A stretch of 64,000 nt of DNA, from positions 71,500 to 135,499 of the forward strand of contig CALKCM010000008.1 in assembly GCA_938086785.1 (NCBI GenBank). Direction: 5' to 3'. A program made the position numbers and the translations under genes. Below the pieces are notes generated by a model. That model was not told the origin of the DNA and searched no databases. It saw only the letters and a program-made list of their open reading frames with translations. This DNA is from an uncultured Bacteroidia bacterium. Lineage in GTDB: Bacteria; Bacteroidota; Bacteroidia; NS11-12g; UBA955. This document shows, in pieces, positions 1 to 8,458 of this stretch (the first letter of the stretch is position 1; each line of letters starts with the position of its first letter).

Positions 1-56
1 GCAAAGTATTCCTGAAAATATGTAAATATGTGGCGCTTAAAAATGCTGGTACAAGC

Positions 57-371
57 TTACTGAATGAAAATTTTCTCAATGTGATTTCTTCCTAAACCAA
101 TATTAATAGCTTTTATGAGTTGCTCTCTTCTATTGAACATCTCATTTTTTACCGCAGCATTATCAAAGCGAAGGTAAATGGTATTTTTAAGAACCTTAAT
201 CCCAGTAGTACAATTAGCTACGTTGGGACCAACAATCTCGGGCCAAATCTTTTCGAGATCTATTTCAGTAAATTTAGATGCAAAAAGATATCGGCTATTT
301 ATTTTTCCCATCACATCATTAATTGTGTTGTGATGTTTTGGTTTAGACTTCTTTAGCATAACAAAAAACAA
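57..371 (-). CDS. DUF721 (DciA-like) family protein
   Basis: 104-aa ORF. The segment KIWPEIVGPNVANCT...LKNTIYLRFDNAAVKNEM...REQLIKAIN fits the DUF721 pattern as I remember it. The start could instead be the internal Met5. Confidence 0.6.
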   Translation of the reverse strand: MFFVMLKKSKPKHHNTINDVMGKINSRYLFASKFTEIDLEKIWPEIVGPNVANCTTGIKVLKNTIYLRFDNAAVKNEMFNRREQLIKAINIGLGRNHIEKIFIQ

Positions 372-410
372 AGATAAAGCAGATTTAGCATGCTTGTATT
401 TAAGATTTTT

Positions 411-2042
411 TTATTTATTCATATTCAAGGCACTTTTTCTATATCCGTAGATAAAGTAAATGATAATACCAATAACAAACCAGACAAAGAACCAAAACCA
501 ATTGCTCATCTCCATTCCCGTAAGCAGATATAAACAAGTACTCACGCCAAGCAATGGAATTAAAGACCAATCTCTGATAAAGGCAAATACGGCTAAAATT
601 ATCATAATGATCCAAAATAAAATATGCGATAATCCAAAAACACTGTTGAAATTCTCTGGTTGAACCATTTCGCTGAAGTAATCGGGTATGAAATAATGTG
701 AGGTTAGCGCAGATAGCAGCACAAGGAGGGGGTATGTATATTTGGCTTTAATATGAGGCATATGAAAGCGGCCTTTTTCTTTCTCCCTCCTTGGAAGTAA
801 AAGAATACCTCCACAAACCAGCACAAATGCAAACAGCGTTCCTATCGATGTAAAATCTAAGACAAAGTCCTTATCAGTAAATAGAATGGGTATTCCTACC
901 ACTAAGCCAGTTACGATAGTTGCAAAAGAAGGCGTTTTGTATTTCGGGTGTATGGTAGAGAATTTTTTTGGAATTAATCCATCTCTACTCATGCTAAACC
1001 ATATGCGGGGCTGGCCCATTTGAAAGACCAAGAGAACACTGGTCATGGCAATAACGGCACTTATGGAAACAATGTACTCCAACCATTTTACTCCTTTTTC
1101 AGCTAAAGCAAAAGCCAAAGGATCCGTTACATTTAATGTAGTGTAGTTTACCATGCCGGTGAGCACGAGGGAGATAAGTATATAGAGAACAGTGCAAATT
1201 AGAAGAGAATATAGCATGCCTCTAGGTAAATCTCGTTTTGGATTCTCACACTCCTCAGCCATTGTACTTAGCGCATCAAAACCAATGTACGTAAAGAATA
1301 CGGCACTTACACTGCCCATGACTCCTCCAAATCCTGTAGGCATAAACGGGACGTAATTATCAAAATCGATATAGAAAAAACCAACTATAATTACCATTAT
1401 TATGACGGCTACTTTTAGTAAAACCATAATATTACTGGCTCGTTTACTCTCGCTAATTCCTATATAGACCAATGCGGTAATGAAGATATTTATGAGGATT
1501 GCAGGTAAATCTAAAATAATTCGTAATCCACCAATGACAGGTGCTGAACTCCATGCCGCCAAGGCATGTGTATCCGTGCTTATCGATTTCTTAGCAGCTA
1601 CATAACTCATGGTCATCCATTCTGGAATATGAACATGCATATTCTCCAACAGATTAACAAAATAGCCACTCCAACTAAACGAAACATAAATATTTCCAAT
1701 CGCATATTCCATCAGTAGCGCCCAACCAATAATCCATGCGAATAACTCTCCAAAGGAAGCATAGGCATAGGTATACGCACTTCCTGATACAGGAATTCTG
1801 GTACTAAATTCAGCGTAGCACAGCGCCGCAAAACCGCAGGCAACGGCACAAATAATAAATAAATAAATGATGGCTGGTCCTCCGTTAGCACAAGCTTCTC
1901 CTACAGAGCTAAAAATTCCACCACCAATAATGGCTGCCATTCCCAAGAAAACCAGATCTCTTAAGCTTAAGACTCGCTTTAAACCGCTATTGCTCTCTTC
2001 AAAATTTGTTTTTCGTCTGCGTATGGACTCCAAAAATTTCAC
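411..2042 (-). CDS. APC-superfamily amino acid permease (cationic amino acid transporter-like)
   Basis: 543-aa polytopic membrane protein. N-terminus LKRVLSLRDLVFLGMAAIIGGGIF is typical of APC/CAT permeases, and about 12-14 hydrophobic segments are visible. Confidence 0.85.
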   Translation of the reverse strand: MKFLESIRRRKTNFEESNSGLKRVLSLRDLVFLGMAAIIGGGIFSSVGEACANGGPAIIYLFIICAVACGFAALCYAEFSTRIPVSGSAYTYAYASFGELFAWIIGWALLMEYAIGNIYVSFSWSGYFVNLLENMHVHIPEWMTMSYVAAKKSISTDTHALAAWSSAPVIGGLRIILDLPAILINIFITALVYIGISESKRASNIMVLLKVAVIIMVIIVGFFYIDFDNYVPFMPTGFGGVMGSVSAVFFTYIGFDALSTMAEECENPKRDLPRGMLYSLLICTVLYILISLVLTGMVNYTTLNVTDPLAFALAEKGVKWLEYIVSISAVIAMTSVLLVFQMGQPRIWFSMSRDGLIPKKFSTIHPKYKTPSFATIVTGLVVGIPILFTDKDFVLDFTSIGTLFAFVLVCGGILLLPRREKEKGRFHMPHIKAKYTYPLLVLLSALTSHYFIPDYFSEMVQPENFNSVFGLSHILFWIIMIILAVFAFIRDWSLIPLLGVSTCLYLLTGMEMSNWFWFFVWFVIGIIIYFIYGYRKSALNMNK

Positions 2043-2093
2043 TCCGCAATCAAGGGAGTAAATCTCATATTTGCAATAGTTTGTTTTATTTTT

Positions 2094-2101
2094 TATATTT
2101 G
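2094..2101 (+). promoter_or_regulatory. Bacteroidota sigma-A -7 box (TAtaTTTG)
   Basis: Perfect TAnnTTTG match, with its last base 5 nt before the ATG at 2107. Confidence 0.4.
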
Positions 2102-2106
2102 TACTA

Positions 2107-2484
2107 ATGAGGTTGGCTACATTACTTATGCTTTTGGTCCTAACGCTTAGCAGCGGTTTTGCCCAATTTGCAATGCATATGTGCGATGATTCTGGAGTTT
2201 TATTAGCGACAGAAAGTTGTACTGATGCAGATAAGTGCTGTGGGGATAATGCGAAAGATGGCGACGACCATTGCAGTACAGAGTATATTTATATGCTCAC
2301 TGCGAAGTATCAGAACACATGGAGTGAAGCAGATTTTAAGACAACTTTCTTTGATCGAGTTTTGACTTCATTGCGTGACAAAAAAGTTGGTTTAAGTTGG
2401 GCCAAACAATCCAAATACCTTGACAAATACACATTGCGCCAAAGCTCAACTGATTTGAGTTTTTCAGGCGTTTTTCTTATTTGA
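2107..2484 (+). CDS. Secreted small Cys/His/Asp-rich protein (putative metal-binding)
   Basis: 125 aa. Signal peptide MRLATLLMLLVLTLSSGFAQ is followed by HMCDDSG..ESCTDADKCCGDNAKDGDDHC, which has 5 Cys and 2 His in 33 residues. The gene sits directly upstream of the HMA and TonB-receptor genes. Confidence 0.6.
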   Translation: MRLATLLMLLVLTLSSGFAQFAMHMCDDSGVLLATESCTDADKCCGDNAKDGDDHCSTEYIYMLTAKYQNTWSEADFKTTFFDRVLTSLRDKKVGLSWAKQSKYLDKYTLRQSSTDLSFSGVFLI

Positions 2485-2589
2485 TAGCTGTTTTTCTTAT
2501 CGGAAAACAGATGGAAATTTATGAAGAGTTTCATTTGTTGTAATGCTTACATCTTCAATTAATAAGTACCAATAATATCAATAAAAGAA

Positions 2590-2964
2590 ATGAAAAATCA
2601 AATGAAAAATTTAGGAATAATTGCCATTTTTATGGCATGCGTTAGTTTTATGGCGCCCAATAAGCGCAAGATAGTTACCACCACAATAAAGGTGGAGGGC
2701 AGTTGCGGTATGTGCAAGGATAGAATAGAAGAGGCTTTAGATGTTAAATACATTTGCAAGGCCATTTGGGATGTGGACTCTGAGGACTTGATCGTTAAAT
2801 ATAGAGCGGATAAAATGGATGAAATTCAGATCCATAATATCGTGGCTGGAGTTGGTCATGATACAGAAAAGGTAAAAGCCACAGATAAGGTTTATGCTAA
2901 TTTGCCTGGATGTTGTAGATATAGAGAGGGAGTAAAATGCGGTCACGAAAAAGAGGACTGGTAG
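2590..2964 (+). CDS. Exported heavy-metal-associated (HMA) domain protein
   Basis: 124 aa. Hydrophobic N-terminus NLGIIAIFMACVSF. The HMA metal site GSCGMCKDRIEEAL has its CxxC at nt 2704-2715. An extra Cys-rich tail reads LPGCCRYREGVKCGH. Confidence 0.75.
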   Translation: MKNQMKNLGIIAIFMACVSFMAPNKRKIVTTTIKVEGSCGMCKDRIEEALDVKYICKAIWDVDSEDLIVKYRADKMDEIQIHNIVAGVGHDTEKVKATDKVYANLPGCCRYREGVKCGHEKEDW

Positions 2965-4979
2965 CGCTACTTATTCTCTGTTCTTCGTTCTCTCTTAAAT
3001 CTCAAATAGATACCAATCGAAAATCCATAGATACCGTTAAAATCATTCAAGAACAGGATGCCTTTAGAATTAATGGTACGGGTGGGATTAAGAGTGAAAT
3101 TTTAAATAAGGACGAGTTTAAAAAAGCGGCTTGCTGTACTTTAAGCGAGAGTTTTGAAAGTACAAACACAGTAGAAGTTGCTAGTACTGATGGCGTTTCT
3201 GGTGTTAAGAAGGTGCAAATGCTTGGATTAGCGAGTAAGTACGTACTTATTTCTAGAAATCAAATGACGCTGATACGCGGGGCGAATACCTTAGATGGGA
3301 TGACGGAAATACCTGGTCCTATGGTAGAGAATGTTTATGTTGCCAAAGGTGCAGGAAGTGTTACCAACGGATATGAGAGCATTACCGGAGGAATTGATGT
3401 TGCGCTTAAACTAGAAAAAGCGCCTCATTTATTCGTTAATGGGTATTACAATAATCAATCGAGAAATGAACAGAATATTATTTGGCGGGAGGATATTAAT
3501 AAGAACCTTATAAATGTGGCTTACGGGCATCATATGGGCATGAGAATGCCTGTAGATAATAACAAAGATGGCTTTGCAGACATGCCTTTAAATGACATGA
3601 CGCGCATCGGTGACGTTCTTAAATTTCAGGGGAACAAAGTAGAGGGTATGGTAGGTTTTACATACGTAGATAACGAGGTTCAGAGCGGTCAAATAAGTTC
3701 ATGGAGCGAGGAGTTTGCGCCAGGTAGTTCAAATTATCGTTATCTCAATAGTCATCAAAATTTGCAACTCTTTGGAAAGCTCGGAATTTTTCTGCCAAGG
3801 GGGAATAGCATAGGTAATATATTTCAATTTAACTCCAATGATCAATCCATGGATATGGTAAATAAGGCTCCTGGTATTAGAAGATCATTAACTATGAATC
3901 AGAATCATTACAGATATGTAGGTATGCTAGCCTATGGTTTGGGCAATGAATTGGAAACTAAATCAGGCATTGAATTAAATAGAGACGAAATGAAAGATGA
4001 CTACACCGAGTTAAGGACAGTTTCTAATAGGAGTCGTTTTAACCGGGTTGAAAATGTAGTTGGAATATTTACTGAATGGTCGAAGGAATGGGAGAAAACG
4101 ACCCTAGTCATTGGTGGACGTGCCGACTATAGCGATTTATATGGGTTGTTTTTCACTCCACGATTGCACCTAAGACATGAGTTAACGGAAGACCAATCGA
4201 TCCATTTTCAAGCGGGTGGGGGAAGAAGAACTCCATTCGTCTTTGCTGAAAATTTTCCCTACCTCATATCAAATAGAAGCTTACGTTTTTCGGATACAAT
4301 AGGTGGAATAAATAATAGAGCCTATGGTCAAAATCAGGAGATTGGATATAATACAGGGGTGAGTTATACTGCTAAATTTAATATGTTTGGGCATGCATCA
4401 ACTATTTCTGCGGATGTGTTTTTTACCTATTTCCAAAATCAATTAGTATTGGATAGGGATTCCGACCCTACAGAACTATTAATTAGTGCGCAAAAAGGAA
4501 CGTACAGTAATGTGGCTCAAATCGATTGGATTGTTGTGCCCAGAAGAAGAATGGAGTACCATTTTAGTTATCGCTATGCGCAGGCCATGCAAAAAACCAA
4601 TGGGCAATGGCAGCAGCAGGTATTTCAATCGCCCCATCGTTTTGTAAATGTTTTAAGTCATAAAACAAGAAGCAAATGGAGCTTTAACAGCATCTGGCAA
4701 ATAAATAGTCCATCGCGTTATCCAAATTCCGAACAATTGCCTACTAACCTTAGAAGAGCAGATAAAACACCCTGGTTGCATGTAGTTAACTTTTTAGTAC
4801 AGAAAACGATGAAATCATGGGAAATATATGGTGGCGTAGAAAATATTCTTAATGTGAGACAAGCCAATCCTATAATGGATGCAGAAAATCCAACAAGCCC
4901 ATATTTTGATGCTGCTTATGCCTGGGGGCCGGCCAATGGTATAAATGCCTTCTTAGGGTTTAGATATACGCTCAAATAA
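2937..4979 (+). CDS. TonB-dependent receptor
   Basis: 680 aa. Signal peptide MRSRKRGLVALLILCSSFSLKSQ. Plug-like segment GVSGVKKVQMLGL...VYVAKGAGSVTNGYESITGGIDV, then a long beta-rich C-terminal region. The start overlaps the HMA gene by 28 nt. Confidence 0.85.
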   Translation: MRSRKRGLVALLILCSSFSLKSQIDTNRKSIDTVKIIQEQDAFRINGTGGIKSEILNKDEFKKAACCTLSESFESTNTVEVASTDGVSGVKKVQMLGLASKYVLISRNQMTLIRGANTLDGMTEIPGPMVENVYVAKGAGSVTNGYESITGGIDVALKLEKAPHLFVNGYYNNQSRNEQNIIWREDINKNLINVAYGHHMGMRMPVDNNKDGFADMPLNDMTRIGDVLKFQGNKVEGMVGFTYVDNEVQSGQISSWSEEFAPGSSNYRYLNSHQNLQLFGKLGIFLPRGNSIGNIFQFNSNDQSMDMVNKAPGIRRSLTMNQNHYRYVGMLAYGLGNELETKSGIELNRDEMKDDYTELRTVSNRSRFNRVENVVGIFTEWSKEWEKTTLVIGGRADYSDLYGLFFTPRLHLRHELTEDQSIHFQAGGGRRTPFVFAENFPYLISNRSLRFSDTIGGINNRAYGQNQEIGYNTGVSYTAKFNMFGHASTISADVFFTYFQNQLVLDRDSDPTELLISAQKGTYSNVAQIDWIVVPRRRMEYHFSYRYAQAMQKTNGQWQQQVFQSPHRFVNVLSHKTRSKWSFNSIWQINSPSRYPNSEQLPTNLRRADKTPWLHVVNFLVQKTMKSWEIYGGVENILNVRQANPIMDAENPTSPYFDAAYAWGPANGINAFLGFRYTLK

Positions 4980-4999
4980 GAATAAATACCTTCAAATAT

Positions 5000-5046
5000 G
5001 GAGGCTTTTGCCATGCATGAGGATGTGGCAAAAGCTTCCTTTTATT
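5000..5046 (+). terminator. Rho-independent terminator after the TonB receptor gene
   Basis: 14-bp stem 5000-5013 / 5026-5039 (ggaggcttttgcca / tggcaaaagcttcc, one G.U pair) with a 12-nt loop, followed by ttttatt. Confidence 0.6.
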
Positions 5047-5116
5047 GGAGCAAAACAAAATCTTAAATCATATCAACAACCTTTTCAAAAAAATACTTTA
5101 GCGTACTTTATTTCGT

Positions 5117-5124
5117 TAATTTTG
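5117..5124 (+). promoter_or_regulatory. -7 box TAatTTTG upstream of tatC
   Basis: Perfect TAnnTTTG match, 15 nt before the ATG at 5140. Confidence 0.45.
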
Positions 5125-5139
5125 TGAACGCGTAAAGCA

Positions 5140-5973
5140 ATGGCCTTAGATCAAGAAGAGATATACCCTTACGAGAAGAACATGAGTATCTTCGATCACA
5201 TTGATGATTTAAGGAAGTACTTGTTTCGAATGGCTGTGGCTTTATTTATAGGAATAGTGATATCATTTTTCTTTGTTCAGGAGCTTTTTGATGTACTCAT
5301 TATGGCTCCATTGCGAGCGGATTTTTGGGGACATGAATTGTATTGTAATCTTGGTAAATGGATCGGAAAAGAAGATCTATTATGCTTTACTCCTCCAGAA
5401 CTTTCCCTGCAAAGCACCAAGATTCAGGGGCAATTTATTAGCGCCTTTAAGATTTCCTTTGTGATGGGATTAGTTGGTACATTTCCCTTTATGCTCATTC
5501 AATTATGGCAGTTTATTAAGCCTGCATTAAGTGCATTAGAGGTTAAAAAAGTAAATCGGTCTCTCTTTTTTGCCTCCCTTTTCTTTTTTGCTGGGGTTCT
5601 TTTTGCCTACTTTATTTTATTACCCGTAGCCACTAAATTTTTATTGGGATATCAATTGGGTCCTGATGTTAAAAATATATTCACCATAAACAGTGTAACG
5701 GGTTTTATTTGTTACATGTCATTGGCAGGTGGTTTAGTATTTGAGCTGCCCATAATCATACTAATTCTAGCCAAAATAGGTCTTATTTCATCTGAGTTTT
5801 TAATGAAATATTGGAAATATGCCGTACTTGTTATCTTTTTATTAGCAGGTTTGGCAACACCACCAGATATTTTTAGCCAAATGGTACTGGGACTTCCATT
5901 AATTGTATTGTACTTTTTGGGAGTATACTTGGCTAAGAGAGTAGAACAAGATAAACGTAAAAACGAAGCATAA
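5140..5973 (+). CDS. tatC: Twin-arginine translocase subunit TatC
   Basis: 277 aa. N-terminus MSIFDHIDDLRKYLFR and six hydrophobic segments are typical of TatC. Confidence 0.9.
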   Translation: MALDQEEIYPYEKNMSIFDHIDDLRKYLFRMAVALFIGIVISFFFVQELFDVLIMAPLRADFWGHELYCNLGKWIGKEDLLCFTPPELSLQSTKIQGQFISAFKISFVMGLVGTFPFMLIQLWQFIKPALSALEVKKVNRSLFFASLFFFAGVLFAYFILLPVATKFLLGYQLGPDVKNIFTINSVTGFICYMSLAGGLVFELPIIILILAKIGLISSEFLMKYWKYAVLVIFLLAGLATPPDIFSQMVLGLPLIVLYFLGVYLAKRVEQDKRKNEA

Positions 5974-5975
5974 CC

Positions 5976-6413
5976 ATGAGTAATAAAAGCATAGCCATAG
6001 GAAGCGATCACGCTGGATTTGAATTAAAAGGGGACATCATTGTTCACTTAATTGAAAAGGGATTTGAGATTACAGATTGCGGGCCAGACTCGGCTGATAG
6101 TGTTGATTATCCGGATTTTGCCCATGAAGTGGCTAAAAGTGTTGAAGCGAGTTCTGCAGATTTAGGAATTTTAATTTGCGGCAGTGGAAACGGAGTTTGC
6201 ATGACAGCCAATTCTCACTCAGGTATTATTGCAGGTCTTGCATGGGAGCCAGAAATTGCATCGCTTGCACGTCAGCATAATAATGCGAACATCATTTGTG
6301 TTCCGGCACGCTTTGTAAGTCCAGAAAAAGGAATTGAAATAGTAGATGCCTTTTTAGATGCAGCATTTGAAGGCGGTCGCCATGAACGACGAGTAAATAA
6401 AATAAAAGCATGA
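5976..6413 (+). CDS. rpiB: Ribose-5-phosphate isomerase B
   Basis: 145 aa. The motifs IAIGSDHAGFELK and ILICGSGNGVCMTANSH are RpiB/LacAB signatures. Confidence 0.9.
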   Translation: MSNKSIAIGSDHAGFELKGDIIVHLIEKGFEITDCGPDSADSVDYPDFAHEVAKSVEASSADLGILICGSGNGVCMTANSHSGIIAGLAWEPEIASLARQHNNANIICVPARFVSPEKGIEIVDAFLDAAFEGGRHERRVNKIKA

Positions 6414-7027
6414 ATCAGCGCGAGCAGGAGTTAGAATCGGTACGAATGCTTGGTCTTAAACTGGCCACAGATCCCAGGTGGGTAAATATTGCCGAAAAGA
6501 CCATTGAAGAAATTCTTATTGATCATGCGTTTTGCGAGCAGAAAGCTGCTACGACCTGCATTGCACTAATTGTCAAAAACCCAGAACGAGAAAAATTGGT
6601 GGAACAAGTTTCACCCATAGTAAGTGAAGAGTGGGCTCATTTTAGAGCGGTCTTGGGCGAAATGAAAAAACGGGGCATTAAGCTGGGTCCCGCCCGAAAA
6701 GATAATTATGTAGTTCAGCTCATGAACATTCAACGAAAAGGGGGAAGCAGAGAGGAGCAATTGGTTGAACGTTTGCTTACTTCAGCAATGATTGAAGCGA
6801 GAAGTTGTGAAAGATTTCGCTTGCTTAGCTTGCATTGTTCTGACGAGTACCTGCGTAACTTTTATCATGAATTTATGGTGAGTGAAGCGGGTCATTATAC
6901 CTTGTTTATTAACTTAGCTTATGAGTATGCCGATAAAGAATACGTTAAAAAAAGGTGGCAAGAGTTTTTAGAGGCTGAGGCAGAAATAATGAAGAACCTC
7001 GAGCAGAGAGGCGATCGATTTCATTAA
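6410..7027 (+). CDS. miaE: tRNA-(ms2io6A37)-hydroxylase MiaE
   Basis: 205 aa. Di-iron four-helix signature DHAFCEQKAA ... EEWAHF ... EARSCERF ... SEAGHY. The start overlaps the rpiB stop by 4 nt (ATGA). Confidence 0.8.
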   Translation: MNQREQELESVRMLGLKLATDPRWVNIAEKTIEEILIDHAFCEQKAATTCIALIVKNPEREKLVEQVSPIVSEEWAHFRAVLGEMKKRGIKLGPARKDNYVVQLMNIQRKGGSREEQLVERLLTSAMIEARSCERFRLLSLHCSDEYLRNFYHEFMVSEAGHYTLFINLAYEYADKEYVKKRWQEFLEAEAEIMKNLEQRGDRFH

Positions 7028-8259
7028 TTTACATTTATTTTTAGCTTACTATCCGGCTTTTTTTTCGCATTTTTTTCTGAGTTACTAAAAAAATGCGCGC
7101 GCTCCAAAGGGGTATCAAAATAATAGGCATAGGCCTCTGTGAAACCATTCTCAGTAAAAAAATCAGCAATCATTTCACTGGGGAATAAAGCGGATTTTAG
7201 CTTATTGCTTAATACAATAAAACAGTACTCTTTTTTGGTGTGAAAAAACAAATTGCTTTTGAACCCTTTCCACCAGCCGGTATGATACATCCAAGTGTCT
7301 TTTTCTATTATTTTTTTTCTCCATCCGCGCGCATATTGAGAACCTATTTTGGCTTCTTTTACCATGGTGGTAAACATTGTTTTTCGTTCTTTGGTATTTA
7401 AGAATTTAGGATTGTAGAGGCCTTTGTAAAAGCGGAATAGATCTGTAGTGTTACTCCATATATTTTTATCACCATAGGAGCCATTTAAATAATGATCCCC
7501 TAAATAATGCCCCAAGCCATAATGTCCTTTCACCTCCTGTTGCATTAGACTATCGGTAGCTTGAAAAACAAAAGTGCTATCCATTCCTAAGGGCATAGCG
7601 ATGTTCTCTTTAATGTACTGGGGGTAGCCCATTCCTGCAACACGCTCTATAATATTTGCCAAGAGTACAAAATTAGAATTGCAATAATCATGTTTACTTC
7701 CCGGTTTGAAATATAAAGCAGGTTTTGCTTTCTGAAATAGGAGAGTGATATCTGTATTGCTAAAATAGCCCATAGAATCCTTCCAGTAGTTATCGGCTAA
7801 ATTCATGTATTCAGGGATTCCGCTGGTATGACTTAGTAAATGGTCTATGGTGATGGCGGGGTAGGGCCACGAATCAAAAAATTGATTGATGGTATCGCTC
7901 AGTTTGAGTTTACCCTCTCGCACCAATTGCATAATACTTAGTGCCGTGAAAGGTTTACTCGTGCTGGCAATTTGGAATTGGGCATTTCGCTTTAAAACGG
8001 TTTGATTAGGAATATCTGCCCATCCAAAACTTTCTCTGTATAATTGACCTTTATTAAAAATAAGAACATTGCCATTGAAGCCTCTCTCCTGATGTAAAAA
8101 TTGAAAAAAATCATGTATTTCTTTTTCATTCTTACTGGGTTTAAATGCGGCCATATTAAGAGATTTACTCAAGCCAAGAAGTAAGGTACTCTTTTTCTCA
8201 GAAAACTGGGAACAGGATACAAGAGTTACAATGAAAATGAGTTTGAGATTGAGTTGCAT
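7024..8259 (-). CDS. Serine hydrolase / class-C beta-lactamase family lipoprotein
   Basis: SxxK motif in IASTSKPFTA. The YCNSNF segment fits the YxN motif. I moved the start to the internal Met (MQLNLKLIFIVTLVSC, a lipobox-like signal). The ORF-track start at 8358 adds 33 non-signal residues. Confidence 0.75.
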   Translation of the reverse strand: MQLNLKLIFIVTLVSCSQFSEKKSTLLLGLSKSLNMAAFKPSKNEKEIHDFFQFLHQERGFNGNVLIFNKGQLYRESFGWADIPNQTVLKRNAQFQIASTSKPFTALSIMQLVREGKLKLSDTINQFFDSWPYPAITIDHLLSHTSGIPEYMNLADNYWKDSMGYFSNTDITLLFQKAKPALYFKPGSKHDYCNSNFVLLANIIERVAGMGYPQYIKENIAMPLGMDSTFVFQATDSLMQQEVKGHYGLGHYLGDHYLNGSYGDKNIWSNTTDLFRFYKGLYNPKFLNTKERKTMFTTMVKEAKIGSQYARGWRKKIIEKDTWMYHTGWWKGFKSNLFFHTKKEYCFIVLSNKLKSALFPSEMIADFFTENGFTEAYAYYFDTPLERAHFFSNSEKNAKKKPDSKLKINVN

Positions 8260-8445
8260 TAGTTGTAATGCAAATAAGGCAGGAGACCTTGGAAGGGCAA
8301 AATCCGTTTTCCACAACATCTTTAACAAGATAAAAAAGCTGTCGTATGCCGATCCCATTTGGATAACAAGGCCTTTGTTTTTGATGTTTGTTTAAGAAAC
8401 GTATCATTTTTAATCAGCTATGAGTCTAAACCATAATCTCTTCGT

Positions 8446-8453
8446 TATTTTTG
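8446..8453 (+). promoter_or_regulatory. -7 box TAttTTTG upstream of hutU
   Basis: Perfect TAnnTTTG match lying inside the ORF-track N-terminal extension, 5 nt before the ATG at 8459. Confidence 0.45.
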
Positions 8454-8458
8454 CAGTA

